A stretch of DNA of 62,984 nucleotides, counting the filler, from Octopus bimaculoides (lineage: Eukaryota), in NCBI RefSeq assembly GCF_001194135.2. It is 3 parts of 3 records of this genome, joined end to end, with 100 filler letters (N's around TTAATTAATTAA, not from the genome) between each part and the next. Parts side by side here need not be neighbours in the genome. Positions count along the whole stretch, not along the records: positions 1 to 10,330 come from NC_069006.1; positions 10,431 to 36,147 come from NC_068996.1; 1 more part is not named here. One strand, 5' to 3'. A program made the translations under genes and the position numbers. Shown here piece after piece: positions 1-10,620 of this stretch (position 1 is the first letter of the stretch; each line of letters starts with the position of its first letter). The notes under the pieces were generated by a model that did no database searches, was not told the origin of the DNA, and saw nothing but the letters and a program-made list of their open reading frames with translations.

Positions 1-12
1 TAGAGATTTTAA

Positions 13-69
13 TTATTTCTATGGGAGGTTTTGGAACGTAACACCCGCGATATTCGAGAGGTTACTGTA
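13..69. mobile_element. Possible 3' terminus of a Tigger/pogo-like MITE, truncated by the window start
   Basis: ...ttctatggga...cgagaggttaCTG followed by TA, resembling pogo/Tigger termini; the partner end is not visible. Confidence 0.3.
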
Positions 70-111
70 TGCACAAAATAAAGTATAAGAGTTTGTTTTG
101 TTTTTGTAGGT

Positions 112-332
112 CAGTTGGAGGGAAAACAGAATGATATCATACCCCGATAATTAAGCAATGATAGCGAAATGATATCAAGGGAAGACACACAGACAGCGTT
201 TAGAGTCACCCTGTTGGACGCGACAGAGGTTCACTAATCAGAAGAAAGAGAGAGAGAGAAGACAGCCTGTTCAGATGTAATGAGCAGAAACTGGGACCTC
301 GTGCAGACCTCTTCACTCCATCCCTCCAACTG
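112..332. mobile_element. Small element bounded by 12-bp perfect inverted repeats (putative MITE)
   Basis: CAGTTGGAGGGA at 112-123 and TCCCTCCAACTG at 321-332; no TSD seen. Confidence 0.35.
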
Positions 333-524
333 TAACACCCCGAATGTTTCGTTCTGTTCGACCAACGGTGAGAGACAGAGCCAAGAGAATGTCAGTGTCT
401 ACACGTGACTATATGAGCACCTTAAACAATTAGCGAAAGTGTGGTACCAAGTTGTCGGATGCTACCAAGTTGCATCCGCTCCTCGTGGATGAATGACGGC
501 TGACTTGTATTTGTATTTTGTTTT

Positions 525-1770
525 TTAACCCTTTTCCTGTCCTAAGTATTTTCATAAGTTCGTCCTCAACATCTACGATTGTCTTCAGACTTTTCGTTAA
601 CCCTTCTGATTAATATAAAGCTTTCCTTTCGTAAGTCCAAAGTTACTCTGGCAATTCACAAAATATTGGGAACGTGTATCGTGTATGGTGCAGGGAAATA
701 TGTTCTGTGTATCACCACATGTGGTAATACAGAAGACAGGCATGTGGTTAAAAAAACAGCGTCTATGTATGAGCCAAAAAAGGAGCCTTTGTGTGCTAGA
801 AATAGCAACCAAATCTCTCTGACACCCNNNNNNNNNNNNNNNNNNNNNNNNNNNNNNNNNNNNNNNNNNNNNNNNNNNNNNNNNNNNNNNNNNNNNNCAA
901 GAGAATGTCAGTGTCTACACGTGACTATATGAGCACCTTAAACAATTAGCGAAAGTGTGGTACCAAGTTGTCGGATGCTACCAAGTTGCATCCGCTCCTC
1001 GTGGATGAATGACGGCTGACTTGTATTTGTATTTTGTTTTTTAACCCTTTTCCTGTCCTAAGTATTTTCATAAGTTCGTCCTCAACATCTACGATTGTCT
1101 TCAGACTTTTGATTAATCTTTGTTTCATACGTTCTGAGAACTATAAAGCTTTCCTTTCGCAAATCCCAAATTACTCTGGAGGTTGAAAAACAATCGGGAA
1201 TGTGTATCATATACAATGCATAGACACCGAGGCAATATGTCCTGCATGTAAGCAGATGTAATAATACACACGGGAGGCAAACGATTAGGAAACCCGTGTC
1301 TATGTATGAACCAACGGAGAGCCTTCTCAAGCTAGAAATAGCAATAGTTACTAAATCTCTCTACCATCTTAACCCTTTGTCTGTCCAAAGTATTTTCTTA
1401 TACTTATCCTAAACGTCCCATGTTTGTCTTCAGACTTTTAATTAACTATTGTTTCATACGTTCTCATTAATATAAAAGCTTTCCTTCCATAAGTCCCAAG
1501 TTACTCTCGTGGCTGTAAAACAATTGAAAACGTGTATCATATACAATGCATGGACGCCAAGGAAAATGTCTTGTGTATTACATGCAGCACACAGGACAGG
1601 CAAGCAACACACAGGACTCCTTACATTGAATTTAATTACGAGTATTATTAACTTTACAGAAAGTCCCAACTTACTCTATTTGTTGATAGACAAATAGGAA
1701 CGGCGCCATTGCATCACTGCATTGACGCCAGTGAAGTATGTTCAGAATGTCACATAAATAAACAGGACTG
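525..1770 (+). repeat. Diverged tandem repeat, unit about 330 bp, three near-full copies plus one partial
   Basis: Units start TTAACCCTTT at 525, 1041 and 1369. A shared core aagtcc(c/a)aa(g/a/c)ttactct occurs at 633, 1161, 1491 and 1661. Confidence 0.8.
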
Positions 1771-1789
1771 GCAAAGGCCAATGCCGTGG

Positions 1790-2116
1790 TACTTCGTCGG
1801 TTACGACGACGAGGCTTCCAGTTGAACCGATCAACGGAACAGCTTGCTCGAGACGTTAACGTGCAAAGTAGCTGAACACTCCACAGACAGGTGTACCCTT
1901 AATGTGGTCCAATGGGAACTTCAGCATGATACAGAATGTGACAAGGCTGGCCCCTTGAGAATTACAGGTACAACTCATTATTTTTGCCAGCTGAGTGGGC
2001 TGGAGCAACGTGGAATAAAGCGTCTTGCTCAAGGACACAACGCGTCGCCGGGAATTGAACTCGTGACCTTACGGTCGTGAGCCGAATGCCCTAACCACTA
2101 AGCTAGGTGGCTTCAC
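1790..2116 (-). mobile_element. tRNA-derived SINE (octopus OR2-like, CORE-like body)
   Basis: Minus strand reads gcttagtggttagggcattcggctcacgaccgtaaggtcacgagttcaattccc (A and B boxes), then gtgtccttgagcaagac. Homologous copies lie at 10455, 17495, 21072 and 62590. Confidence 0.85.
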
Positions 2117-2118
2117 AA

Positions 2119-2164
<46 letters not shown>

Positions 2165-2480
2165 GTATGTATGTGTGTGTGTATATTCACATTTATATAT
2201 ACATATATACATAAATATANNNNNNNNNNNNNNNNNNNNNNNNNNNNNNNNNNNNNNNNNNNNNNNNNNNNNNNNNNNNNNNNNNNNNNNNNNNNNNNNN
2301 NNNNNNNNNNNNNNNNNNNNNNNNNNNNNNNNNNNNNNNNNNNNNNNNNNNNNNNNNNNNNNNNNNNNNNNNNNNNNNNNNNNNNNNNNNNNNNNNNNNN
2401 NNNNNNNNNNNNNNNNNNNNNNNNNNNNNNNNNNNNNNNNNNNNNNNNNNNNNNNNNNNNNNNNNCATACATACATATAC

Positions 2481-2511
<31 letters not shown>

Positions 2512-2908
2512 TGTATGTATGTATGTATACGCGCACGCGCGCACTTCTATATGACAGGAATTCTTTTCTTTGCGGTTCTATTCTTTTGACCATTGAAAAT
2601 ATTGAAAAAGGTGAGGTTAAATAAACAGCGCATTGTAACAGAAGGGAGAGAAGGCTGACAGAGACCGAAAGACGGGAAGAATGGACAATTTACTCAAAGA
2701 CTCTGCCCCCCCCCCTCCGATACAATGGGAAATACCTAAGAACGACATCAACAATGAAGATATGAGACAGGAAATATTAGATTCCTTCAAACGAAGAATA
2801 TGCATTATTGATACATGAATAAATACACCATGAGAGTACAACAGAGGTTGTGTGTGTGTGTGTGTGTGTGTGTTTGTGTATATCTATATCTATATCTATA
2901 TCTATCTA

Positions 2909-2948
<40 letters not shown>

Positions 2949-3919
2949 NNNNNNNNNNNNNNNNNNNNNNNNNNNNNNNNNNNNNNNNNNNNNNNNNNNN
3001 NNNNNNNNNNNNNNNNNNNNNNNNNNNNNNNNNNNNNNNNNNNNNNNNNNNNNNNNNNNNNNNNNNNNNNNNNNNNNNNNNNNNNNNNNNNNNNNNNNNN
3101 NNNNNNNNNNNNNNNNNNNNNNNNNNNNNNNNNNNNNNNNNNNNNNNNNNNNNNNNNNNNNNNNNNNNNNNNNNNNNNNNNNNNNNNNNNNNNNNNNNNN
3201 NNNNNNNNNNNNNNNNNNNNNNNNNNNNNNNNNNNNNNNNNNNNNNNNNNNNNNNNNNNNNNNNNNNNNNNNNNNNNNNNNNNNNNNNNNNNNNNNNNNN
3301 NNNNNNNNNNNNNNNNNNNNNNNNNNNNNNNNNNNNNNNNNNNNNNNNNNNNNNNNNNNNNNNNNNNNNNNNNNNNNNNNNNNNNNNNNNNNNNNNNNNN
3401 NNNNNNNNNNNNNNNNNNNNNNNNNNNNNNNNNNNNNNNNNNNNNNNNNNNNNNNNNNNNNNNNNNNNNNNNNNNNNNNNNNNNNNNNNNNNNNNNNNNN
3501 NNNNNNNNNNNNNNNNNNNNNNNNNNNNNNNNNNNNNNNNNNNNNNNNNNNNNNNNNNNNNNNNNNNNNNNNNNNNNNNNNNNNNNNNNNNNNNNNNNNN
3601 NNNNNNNNNNNNNNNNNNNNNNNNNNNNNNNNNNNNNNNNNNNNNNNNNNNNNNNNNNNNNNNNNNNNNNNNNNNNNNNNNNNNNNNNNNNNNNNNNNNN
3701 NNNNNNNNNNNNNNNNNNNNNNNNNNNNNNNNNNNNNNNNNNNNNNNNNNNNNNNNNNNNGAGGGAAGAATGAGAGGGGGAGATAGATATAGAGATAGAG
3801 AGAGTCGCGTTAGAAAAATAGTTAAAACTTACTGTATAAAGGTTAACGCGTGCGTTCTGTCGTGTGATACAAACAATATATGAGTATATGCATATATATG
3901 TACATGTATGTATATACCT

Positions 3920-4075
3920 TCATCCACATGTACATATAGATACATAACTGGGTACATGACGTAGCAAAAGAACATGGATAAAATGGTAAACAAGGTGCAA
4001 CAAACAAGAAGGCCACATAGAAACATCTCTTTCATCAGCTGCCACCATTAAAACCCCGGCGTTTCGAAGAATTAA
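3920..4075 (-). repeat. Dispersed repeat copy A (putative Penelope pseudo-LTR segment)
   Basis: Minus strand ttCGAAACG...gCTGATGAAAG...gtcatgtacccagttatgtatctatatgtacatg aligns with 11413-11560 (+) and 35425-35600 (-). Confidence 0.6.
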
Positions 4076-4320
4076 GGCCGTATATATNNNNNNNNNNNNN
4101 NNNNNNNNNNNNNNNNNNNNNNNNNNNNNNNNNNNNNNNNNNNNNNNNNNNNNNNNNNNNNNNNNNNNNNNNNNNNNNNNNNNNNNNNNNNNNNNNNNNN
4201 NNNNNNNNNNNNNNNNNNNNNNNNNNNNNNNNNNNNNNNNNNNNNNNNNNNNNNNNNNNNNNNNNNNNNNNNNNNNNNNNNNNNNNNNNNNNNNNNNNNN
4301 NNNNNNNATATATATATATA

Positions 4321-4476
4321 TACGACGGGCTTCTTTCAGTTTCCGTCTACTAAATCTATTCACAAGGCTTTGGTTGACCCGAGGCTACAGTAGAAGTCAT
4401 TTGCCCAAGGTGCCACGCAGTGGAACTGAGCCCGGGACCATTTGATTGGGAAGCAAGCTTTTTACTACACAGCCAC
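4321..4476 (-). mobile_element. tRNA-derived SINE 5' half (octopus OK-like)
   Basis: Minus strand gtggctgtgtagtaaaaagcttgcttcc...gggctcagttccactgcgtggcaccttgggcaa...gacggaaactgaaagaagcccgtcgta runs directly into (TA)n. Confidence 0.85.
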
Positions 4477-4650
4477 ATACATACATACATACATACATAC
4501 ATACATACATACGTATGTATGTATGTATGTATGTATGCATTTATGTATATAAAAAAGAATACAAAAATGGAACAAGAGCGCAACAGGCGATAACAAAACA
4601 TTTAGACAGTTAGATGATACAAAAGGGGACAAGAAAAAACAAGGACGGAG

Positions 4651-4772
4651 GCTTCTTTCAGTTTCCGTCTACCAAATCCACTCACAATGCTTTGGTCGGC
4701 TCTAGTCTAAAGTAGAAGACACTTGCCCAAGGTGCCACGCAGTGGGACTGAACCTGGAACCATGTGGTTGGG
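4651..4772 (-). mobile_element. Second OK-like SINE fragment
   Basis: Close paralogue of 4330-4450 (gcttctttcagtttccgtctac...cttgcccaaggtgccacgcagtggga). Confidence 0.85.
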
Positions 4773-5734
4773 CTGGGAATCAACGACTTTATTGCTTACA
4801 ATCTTTAATGACAAACTTTTATATGGACTTCAAAGGGCCATATTGACTCCTGTTGAAGACCACTGGTATGCTTGCCTATCGCTTAAGGGGTGCACTAGAC
4901 GGCACTGACCCCTCATTGTTCAACGGTGCCCCCTCAGATTTACAGTGATACACTGATTTCAAAACCCCACTTTAGCATTATAACAGATTAATACCTACCC
5001 AGAATATGCTGACGCACTCCCTAATCTGTCGATAAAGCATGCTGTCATAGGTGATTCGATAATAGTCTTGGCTGTTGTTTCTAGCAGAACGATCGTCTAG
5101 CCACTTAGAAGAAGTTTCCTTGTAGTCATCCTCTCTTCAAACAAGCAGCGGCCAGACATTAATCCCCGACAACACGTCGATCGTGTAAGTTTAACTACAA
5201 AAACACAATCCACAACATTGTTTAAACACATAAACATAGGTGTACTTCGATGAAATGGTTGTGTGATTTATTGTAATAAAACATTTGCGGCTCCGTCACC
5301 GCCATCCACCACTGGCAAACAACGACGACGGGAACATCAACAACGGGCTCCAGCACCACCGCCGCCGCCGCCGCCGTCGGCACGCACTCACACACGCACA
5401 CGCACACACACATGCACACACACACACACACACATACACACACGCGCGGCGCCTGTACTTGGGTAGCAACACGTTCAACAGGTTTCTGTCCTTCTCATTA
5501 AAACTTACACATAAGCTAACATATATTCATCATACGTACATATATACATACACACATACATAGATACACACATACACACACACACATACATATACACACA
5601 TGCATACATACATATATTTATACATTCATATACACATACATACCTACATACACATACACACACATATTTACGCACACACACACACACATGCATACAAACA
5701 CATACATCATGCATTAACACATGCAAGCATATAT

Positions 5735-5768
<34 letters not shown>

Positions 5769-6228
5769 NNNNNNNNNNNNNNNNNNNNNNNNNNNNNNNN
5801 NNNNNNNNNNNNNNNNNNNNNNNNNNNNNNNNNNNNNNNNNNNNNNNNNNNNNNNNNNNNNNNNNNNNNNNNNNNNNNNNNNNNNNNNNNNNNNNNNNNN
5901 NNNNNNNNNNNNNNNNNNNNNNNNNNNNNNNNNNNNNNNNNNNNNNNNNNNNNNNNNNNNNNNNNNNNNNNNNNNNNNNNNNNNNNNNNNNNNNNNNNNN
6001 NNNNNNNNNNNNNNNNNNNNNNNNNNNNNNNNNNNNNNNNNNNNNNNNNNNNNNNNNNNNNNNNNNNNNNNNNNNNNNNNNNNNNNNNNNNNNNNNNNNN
6101 NNNNNNNNNNNNNNNNNNNNNNNNNNNNNNNNNNNNNNNNNNNNNNNNNNNNNNNNNNNNNNNNNNNNNNNNNNNNNNNNNNNNNNNNNNNNNNNNNNNN
6201 NNNNNNNNNNNNNNNNNNNNNNNNNNNN

Positions 6229-6267
<39 letters not shown>

Positions 6268-6407
6268 CAGAAAAACAGACAGACACACAGACAGATAGAT
6301 ATACCTATGCACATATCTGTACACATATAGATACGTACATGAACATACATACATACATACATACATACACAATGCTAGTATGTGAATCTGCATAGATATG
6401 CATCTAA

Positions 6408-6442
<35 letters not shown>

Positions 6443-6729
6443 TACACACACACACACACACTCAATCACACACGATTACACACATGCGTGAGTGATGTGG
6501 TAGGTACGTGTGTGATTGGTGAGTCGGTATGGGTGCCTGGGTGAGAGTAAATCTGTCGACGCCATAATGTCGAATGGAGCAGCCATTTTCCCATGTAAAA
6601 CAACCAGCGTGATTTTATGGCTAAGATGCTTTTTTTGTTTGTGTTTTTTTGAAATGGTTGAAAACAAAATGGAATAACATACAACAATGATAATGTTACA
6701 GACATTAATAGAGTATAATAGCAGCCTTT

Positions 6730-6736
6730 AATAATG

Positions 6737-6770
<34 letters not shown>

Positions 6771-6888
6771 TAATAATAATAATATAATAATGATAGTTTC
6801 AAATTTACGCATAGGTCAGCTGTTTTTGAGGGGAAGAAAATGTTGATTACGTCGACTTCGCTAAAACAACAGTAACGACGACGACGAC

Positions 6889-6936
<48 letters not shown>
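6730..6936. repeat. (AAT)n, (GAC)n and (GAT)n microsatellites
   Basis: Directly visible trinucleotide runs. Confidence 0.95.
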
Positions 6937-6938
<2 letters not shown>

Positions 6939-7067
6939 CAAATTTTGGCACAAGGCCAGTAAGTCCGGGGGAGGGGGAAAGTCGGTTACATCAACCCCCA
7001 GTGCTCAACTGGTACTTATTTGATCGACCTTAGAACGTATTGAACTTAGAGCGTACAGACAGACGAA
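6936..7067 (-). mobile_element. Degenerate OR1-like SINE with internal deletion
   Basis: ttcaaattttggcacaaggccag...catcaacccccagtgctcaactggtactt matches copies at 17310, 27513, 47003 and 53240. Confidence 0.75.
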
Positions 7068-7900
7068 ATGAATGACGATGATGATGGTCGTGGTGATGAT
7101 GACGACGACGAGGAGGAGGAGAAAGAGGAAGAGGAGGAGAAAGAGGAAGAGGAGGAGGCGGAGGTGGATTATGGTGATTTCTTGTATCGGCTGAACTCAC
7201 AAAAAAGGTTGAGCTTTCATGGATCAAAAGGAGAAAACAACAAGAGCAAGGATATAATAAAAAGGTATAAAAATAAAATTTAGAAAAATATATAAATGAT
7301 ATCCACCAATAACAGGGCAGTTAGGGTTAGGGCTAGGATAATTCGGGGACAATAACACAGAGAAAGGGCCCCGGGTTACTCTACCGTCTCAGAGAAACAT
7401 ACTCAAAGTGGGCCCAGTTAGCCTCTTCAGTCTCGCCATTCTCATCCACTTTTCTAGAAACAGACTAGAAGGCAGCCCCCCCCTCTCTATCCTCACCTTC
7501 TTGAAATAATACTTTAAAAAAACTGAGAGCTTGACCAGCTAGGAAGGTGCTTGCCTTCAAGCCTTTCAGACGGGCCCACCACACATCCTCTTTCACCACG
7601 GCCACTAAGCAGATAAAGATCTACTTCACTTCACTGCCAAAGGTAGTTGGTGCGTCGATCTTCGCTATACACTCGGTGGAGAGCCTGATTCGTTTTACAC
7701 GCGACGGCAGGTGCCAATGCACAATTTACCAATGCTAGGGTATTGAGCGGTTGTAGCTTCTCGGACAGGTTTGGCTGTTGGTGCTTCCATGACTGAGAAG
7801 CTTGTCTCGAGCAGATAATAAGCCCTGCAGCGCTACCAAAGGATGGACTTTTCAGAGTCGTCCATAGTATTCGAGTCGAAAGTCCTCCAGAAGAGGTTAC

Positions 7901-8622
7901 GGATCTTTTTTAAAACGGGGGCCACATTTTTCATTAACGAAACACTTTGAAACTTGGAACACTGGTAGAATGTGTCATATAAAACATCTTTTTCTCTTAG
8001 TCTTCTTTAAAAAAAAAGAAATCCATAAGTTATTCCATGTGAAAGTTGTATTTCTGTAATTTCAACCAATCACTGACGTCCATTCAGCCGATATACATTA
8101 AGTGCCGACTACATAAACAAACGATTCTGAAACAATTAACCCTAACCCTAACCCTAACCNNNNNNNNNNNNNNNNNNNNNNNNNNNNNNNNNNNNNNNNN
8201 NNNNNNNNNNNNNNNNNNNNNNNNNNNNNNNNNNNNNNNNNNNNNNNNNNNNNNNNNNNNNNNNNNNNNNNNNNNNNNNNNNNNNNNNNNNNNNNNNNNN
8301 NNNNNNNNGGTTAGGGTTAGGGTTAGGGTTAAAGCAAATTTAAAATGAAAAAAGCAAATAAAACGAAGGCATGGAGATTAAATACGCTTTACATTGCTTA
8401 ATCAGCCAAAGGAGTAAATGTAAACAACTGAATACTTGTCAGTGATTGGTTGAAATTATCGAAATAAGACAATTTTTTACATGAAATAAATTCGAATACA
8501 AAAATATTTTTCTGTTCTATAACACAAAATAGATAAGTATACGAAGTTTGAAAGTCTTTCCGTACCAAAAACACTACGTAAAACATTAATGAAAAATGTG
8601 GCCCCCGTTTTAAAATAGATCC
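7901..8622. mobile_element. Non-autonomous DNA transposon (MITE) with 37-bp TIRs, 8-bp TSD and internal telomeric repeats
   Basis: TIR GGATCT(T/A)TTTTAAAACGGGGGCCACATTTTTCATTAA with one mismatch; TSD GAGGTTAC at 7893-7900 and 8623-8630; perfect 21-bp subterminal inverted repeat at 8057-8077 and 8438-8458; (CCCTAA)n at 8136-8159 and (TTAGGG)n at 8309-8332 around a gap. Confidence 0.92.
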
Positions 8623-9719
8623 GAGGTTACTCACACTCTTCTCATTGATACCCAGAGTCAGTCCCAGGCCATCGTCACTCATACCCTCAACTAACTCCCG
8701 TAGAGAAATCTGGAGTTGTTTTTCGCGCTAACAGCTTAGTACAACTGGTAAGATGCTGTGAGCGCCCGGCAACATTCTAAATGCCAAACGCTATGTCTAC
8801 CGTTTACTTGTGACTGCAGCTCGGTCAAGAAGACGAGCTGTGGATAGACGGATCGCAAGAAAGACGCCAACACCAGTTCGCCCTCGTTTTCATCGTTGAT
8901 ACCATCACAGGGATTTAGATATTTCTACAGGTGCATCAACATTGGCGCTTGCCGGCGTATCCTCATGGAGTATTTATTAACAACTGATGGATATCCTCAC
9001 CAGCAGAACCTGACCATTCCTTAAAAATCGGGAAAGCAAGCGCTCCAATCTGGTCGGAGTTTCTTGCAACAACATACGACGGTCAGGCTGAAATATATCA
9101 CCGAGGTGATGTATGCATTAGGTACTTCCGCTCGGCTTTTCAGAGACAGCTTCCTTTCAGCCCATTTCTGTATGAGACCAGCCACATTGTTCGGGGCCTC
9201 TTCCCAGTTCCTTTCCACCTGGATGTATCTGGTCCGAACCAAACTCCGAGGATTTACACTGTACTCTCAGTTCAGCGACAGAAATCGCTGTTGGTCAACA
9301 TGACCTTGCTTCTTCAAGAGCCTAGTTGCAAACCCACCGTTTTGTCCTGGTTTATGTGTACTCCTGTACGAACTTGAAATTCTCTCAGTATAGTGTTAAT
9401 TGTTTCTATATCTGAAGTGTCCGGCATCAAGACGCGTATTCAAACTCGACTCACCTGAGATCCAATTCCAGTGAGATATCCTCAAACTCTCCAGCTTCCG
9501 CAGCAACGGCTCCAACGCTAAAACGTATAAGACTGGGGTGGGAGAGGGACAGGGGATATCTTTAGCGGACCGAGCGTCCTATTCTGAAATGTTCAGACAT
9601 TTAACTGCACAATTTGACCCCCAGTCAGATGTCCAGTAGACTGTGGTGATCCAGCCTCTGAAGAGAGGACCGAAACAGACAGTTTTTTAGTACAGCCGCC
9701 AGACAGCAATGGTCTACTT

Positions 9720-10047
9720 CAGTGGTACCCACCCCCTGAGGGTCCATATAAGATTTTTGGGGACCCACGAAACAAATAGTAAACTGGAGATTCAAAATAG
9801 CATTTTAAGGGCCCATGAAAAAATTATATTTTAGATTTATATGTTGATATGTATTGCAACAAACAGGTTGCTTTCTCTAATGTTGCATAGTTCTACGTAC
9901 ACAAATTAAAGTACGGGAAAACAAATAGGAATTTTGAAAGTTTCTATGAAAATAGTTTTTAAACATCGAATGGGTATGGGGGTCCATGAGAATGAAATAG
10001 TAATCAAAGGGCTCAATAGGTAAAAAGAAAATGGTTGAAAACCTCTG
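9720..10047. mobile_element. hAT-Charlie-like MITE inserted in the LINE RT
   Basis: Ends CAGTGGTACCCACCC... and ...GGTTGAAAACCTCTG resemble Charlie TIRs. The LINE RT motif is split around it (SKVY | VDH). The TSD is not conserved. Confidence 0.55.
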
Positions 10048-10173
10048 ATAAACCTTGGATTGATCCAGACTGACCAGTGCCATACCAAATCCAGACCTAA
10101 ACCCGACCCGTCTTGTAATGTCCTAAAAGCTGTGGAAATTTTCGAGGGGGAGAGATGCCGTGTGTATTCACAC

Positions 10174-10218
<45 letters not shown>

Positions 10219-10229
10219 AATATATTGAG

Positions 10230-10330
10230 ATGAAAATCGATTTCAAGTTTCTGCAAAAGGTCAACAATTTTTGGGAAAGGGGGTACTCGATTACAGCGAC
10301 CCCTATACTCAACAGGTACGTATTATACCG
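10230..10330 (-). mobile_element. OR1-like SINE 3' fragment
   Basis: tttcaagtttctgcaaaaggtcaacaattttt...tcgattacagcgacccc is a diverged match to the other OR1-like copies. Confidence 0.55.
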
Positions 10331-10430
10331 NNNNNNNNNNNNNNNNNNNNNNNNNNNNNNNNNNNNNNNNNNNNTTAATTAATTAANNNNNNNNNNNNNN
10401 NNNNNNNNNNNNNNNNNNNNNNNNNNNNNN
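10331..10430. other. Artificial 100-bp scaffolding spacer
   Basis: Exactly 44 N + TTAATTAATTAA (stops in all six frames) + 44 N; identical structure at 36148-36247. Confidence 0.95.
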
Positions 10431-10454
10431 ATGTATGTATGTATACACGATTTG

Positions 10455-10620
10455 GTACAAGTCCAGGCAAGGTTGTTTATGGAAGACCAGCAGTCGCCCA
10501 TGCATACCGGCTTCCCCTCTCCACACCACCGATGTTATCCAAGGGAAAGGCAAATGCTGATACAGCTTGGCACCAGTGACATCACAACTCATTTCTACAG
10601 CTGAGTGAACTGAGTAAATT
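10455..10620 (-). mobile_element. OR2-like SINE body fragment
   Basis: Reverse complement of the 21150-21330 segment (ctcagctgta...gagttg...ccttggataaca...ggtcttccata). Confidence 0.8.

Larger units (their letters stand above)
7170..10165 (-). mobile_element. L1/Tx1-type non-LTR retrotransposon, 5'-truncated and decayed (RT to 3' UTR), interrupted by two MITEs
   Basis: Minus-strand translation with stops and frameshifts: ALVSLDQSKVY (about 10050-10080); VDHCCLAAVL and GRSVR*RYPLS (RT, about 9560-9719); FICLVAVVKEDVWWARLKGLK...KVRIER...TLSMFL* (ORF2 end, stop at 7389-7391). The 3' UTR ends at a (GAG)/(GAT) microsatellite. Confidence 0.8.

Noticed and set aside
382-1110. Exact 213-bp direct duplication (382-594 = 898-1110)
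   Set aside because: The second copy starts precisely at the edge of a 70-N gap, so unmerged contig overlap is the likeliest cause. A recent real duplication cannot be excluded without reads.
2050-2105. tRNA-like A and B boxes (also about 17410-17480 and 21075-21110)
   Set aside because: These are SINE heads continuing into SINE bodies, without a complete cloverleaf; not tRNA genes.
7068-7283. Acidic ORF MNDDDDGRG...EEEE
   Set aside because: Translation of GAT/GAG microsatellites plus the antisense of the LINE 3' UTR.
10375-10386. TTAATTAATTAA palindrome isolated between N runs (also 36192-36203)
   Set aside because: Identical 44+12+44 layout twice with six-frame stops; a synthetic spacer, not biology.
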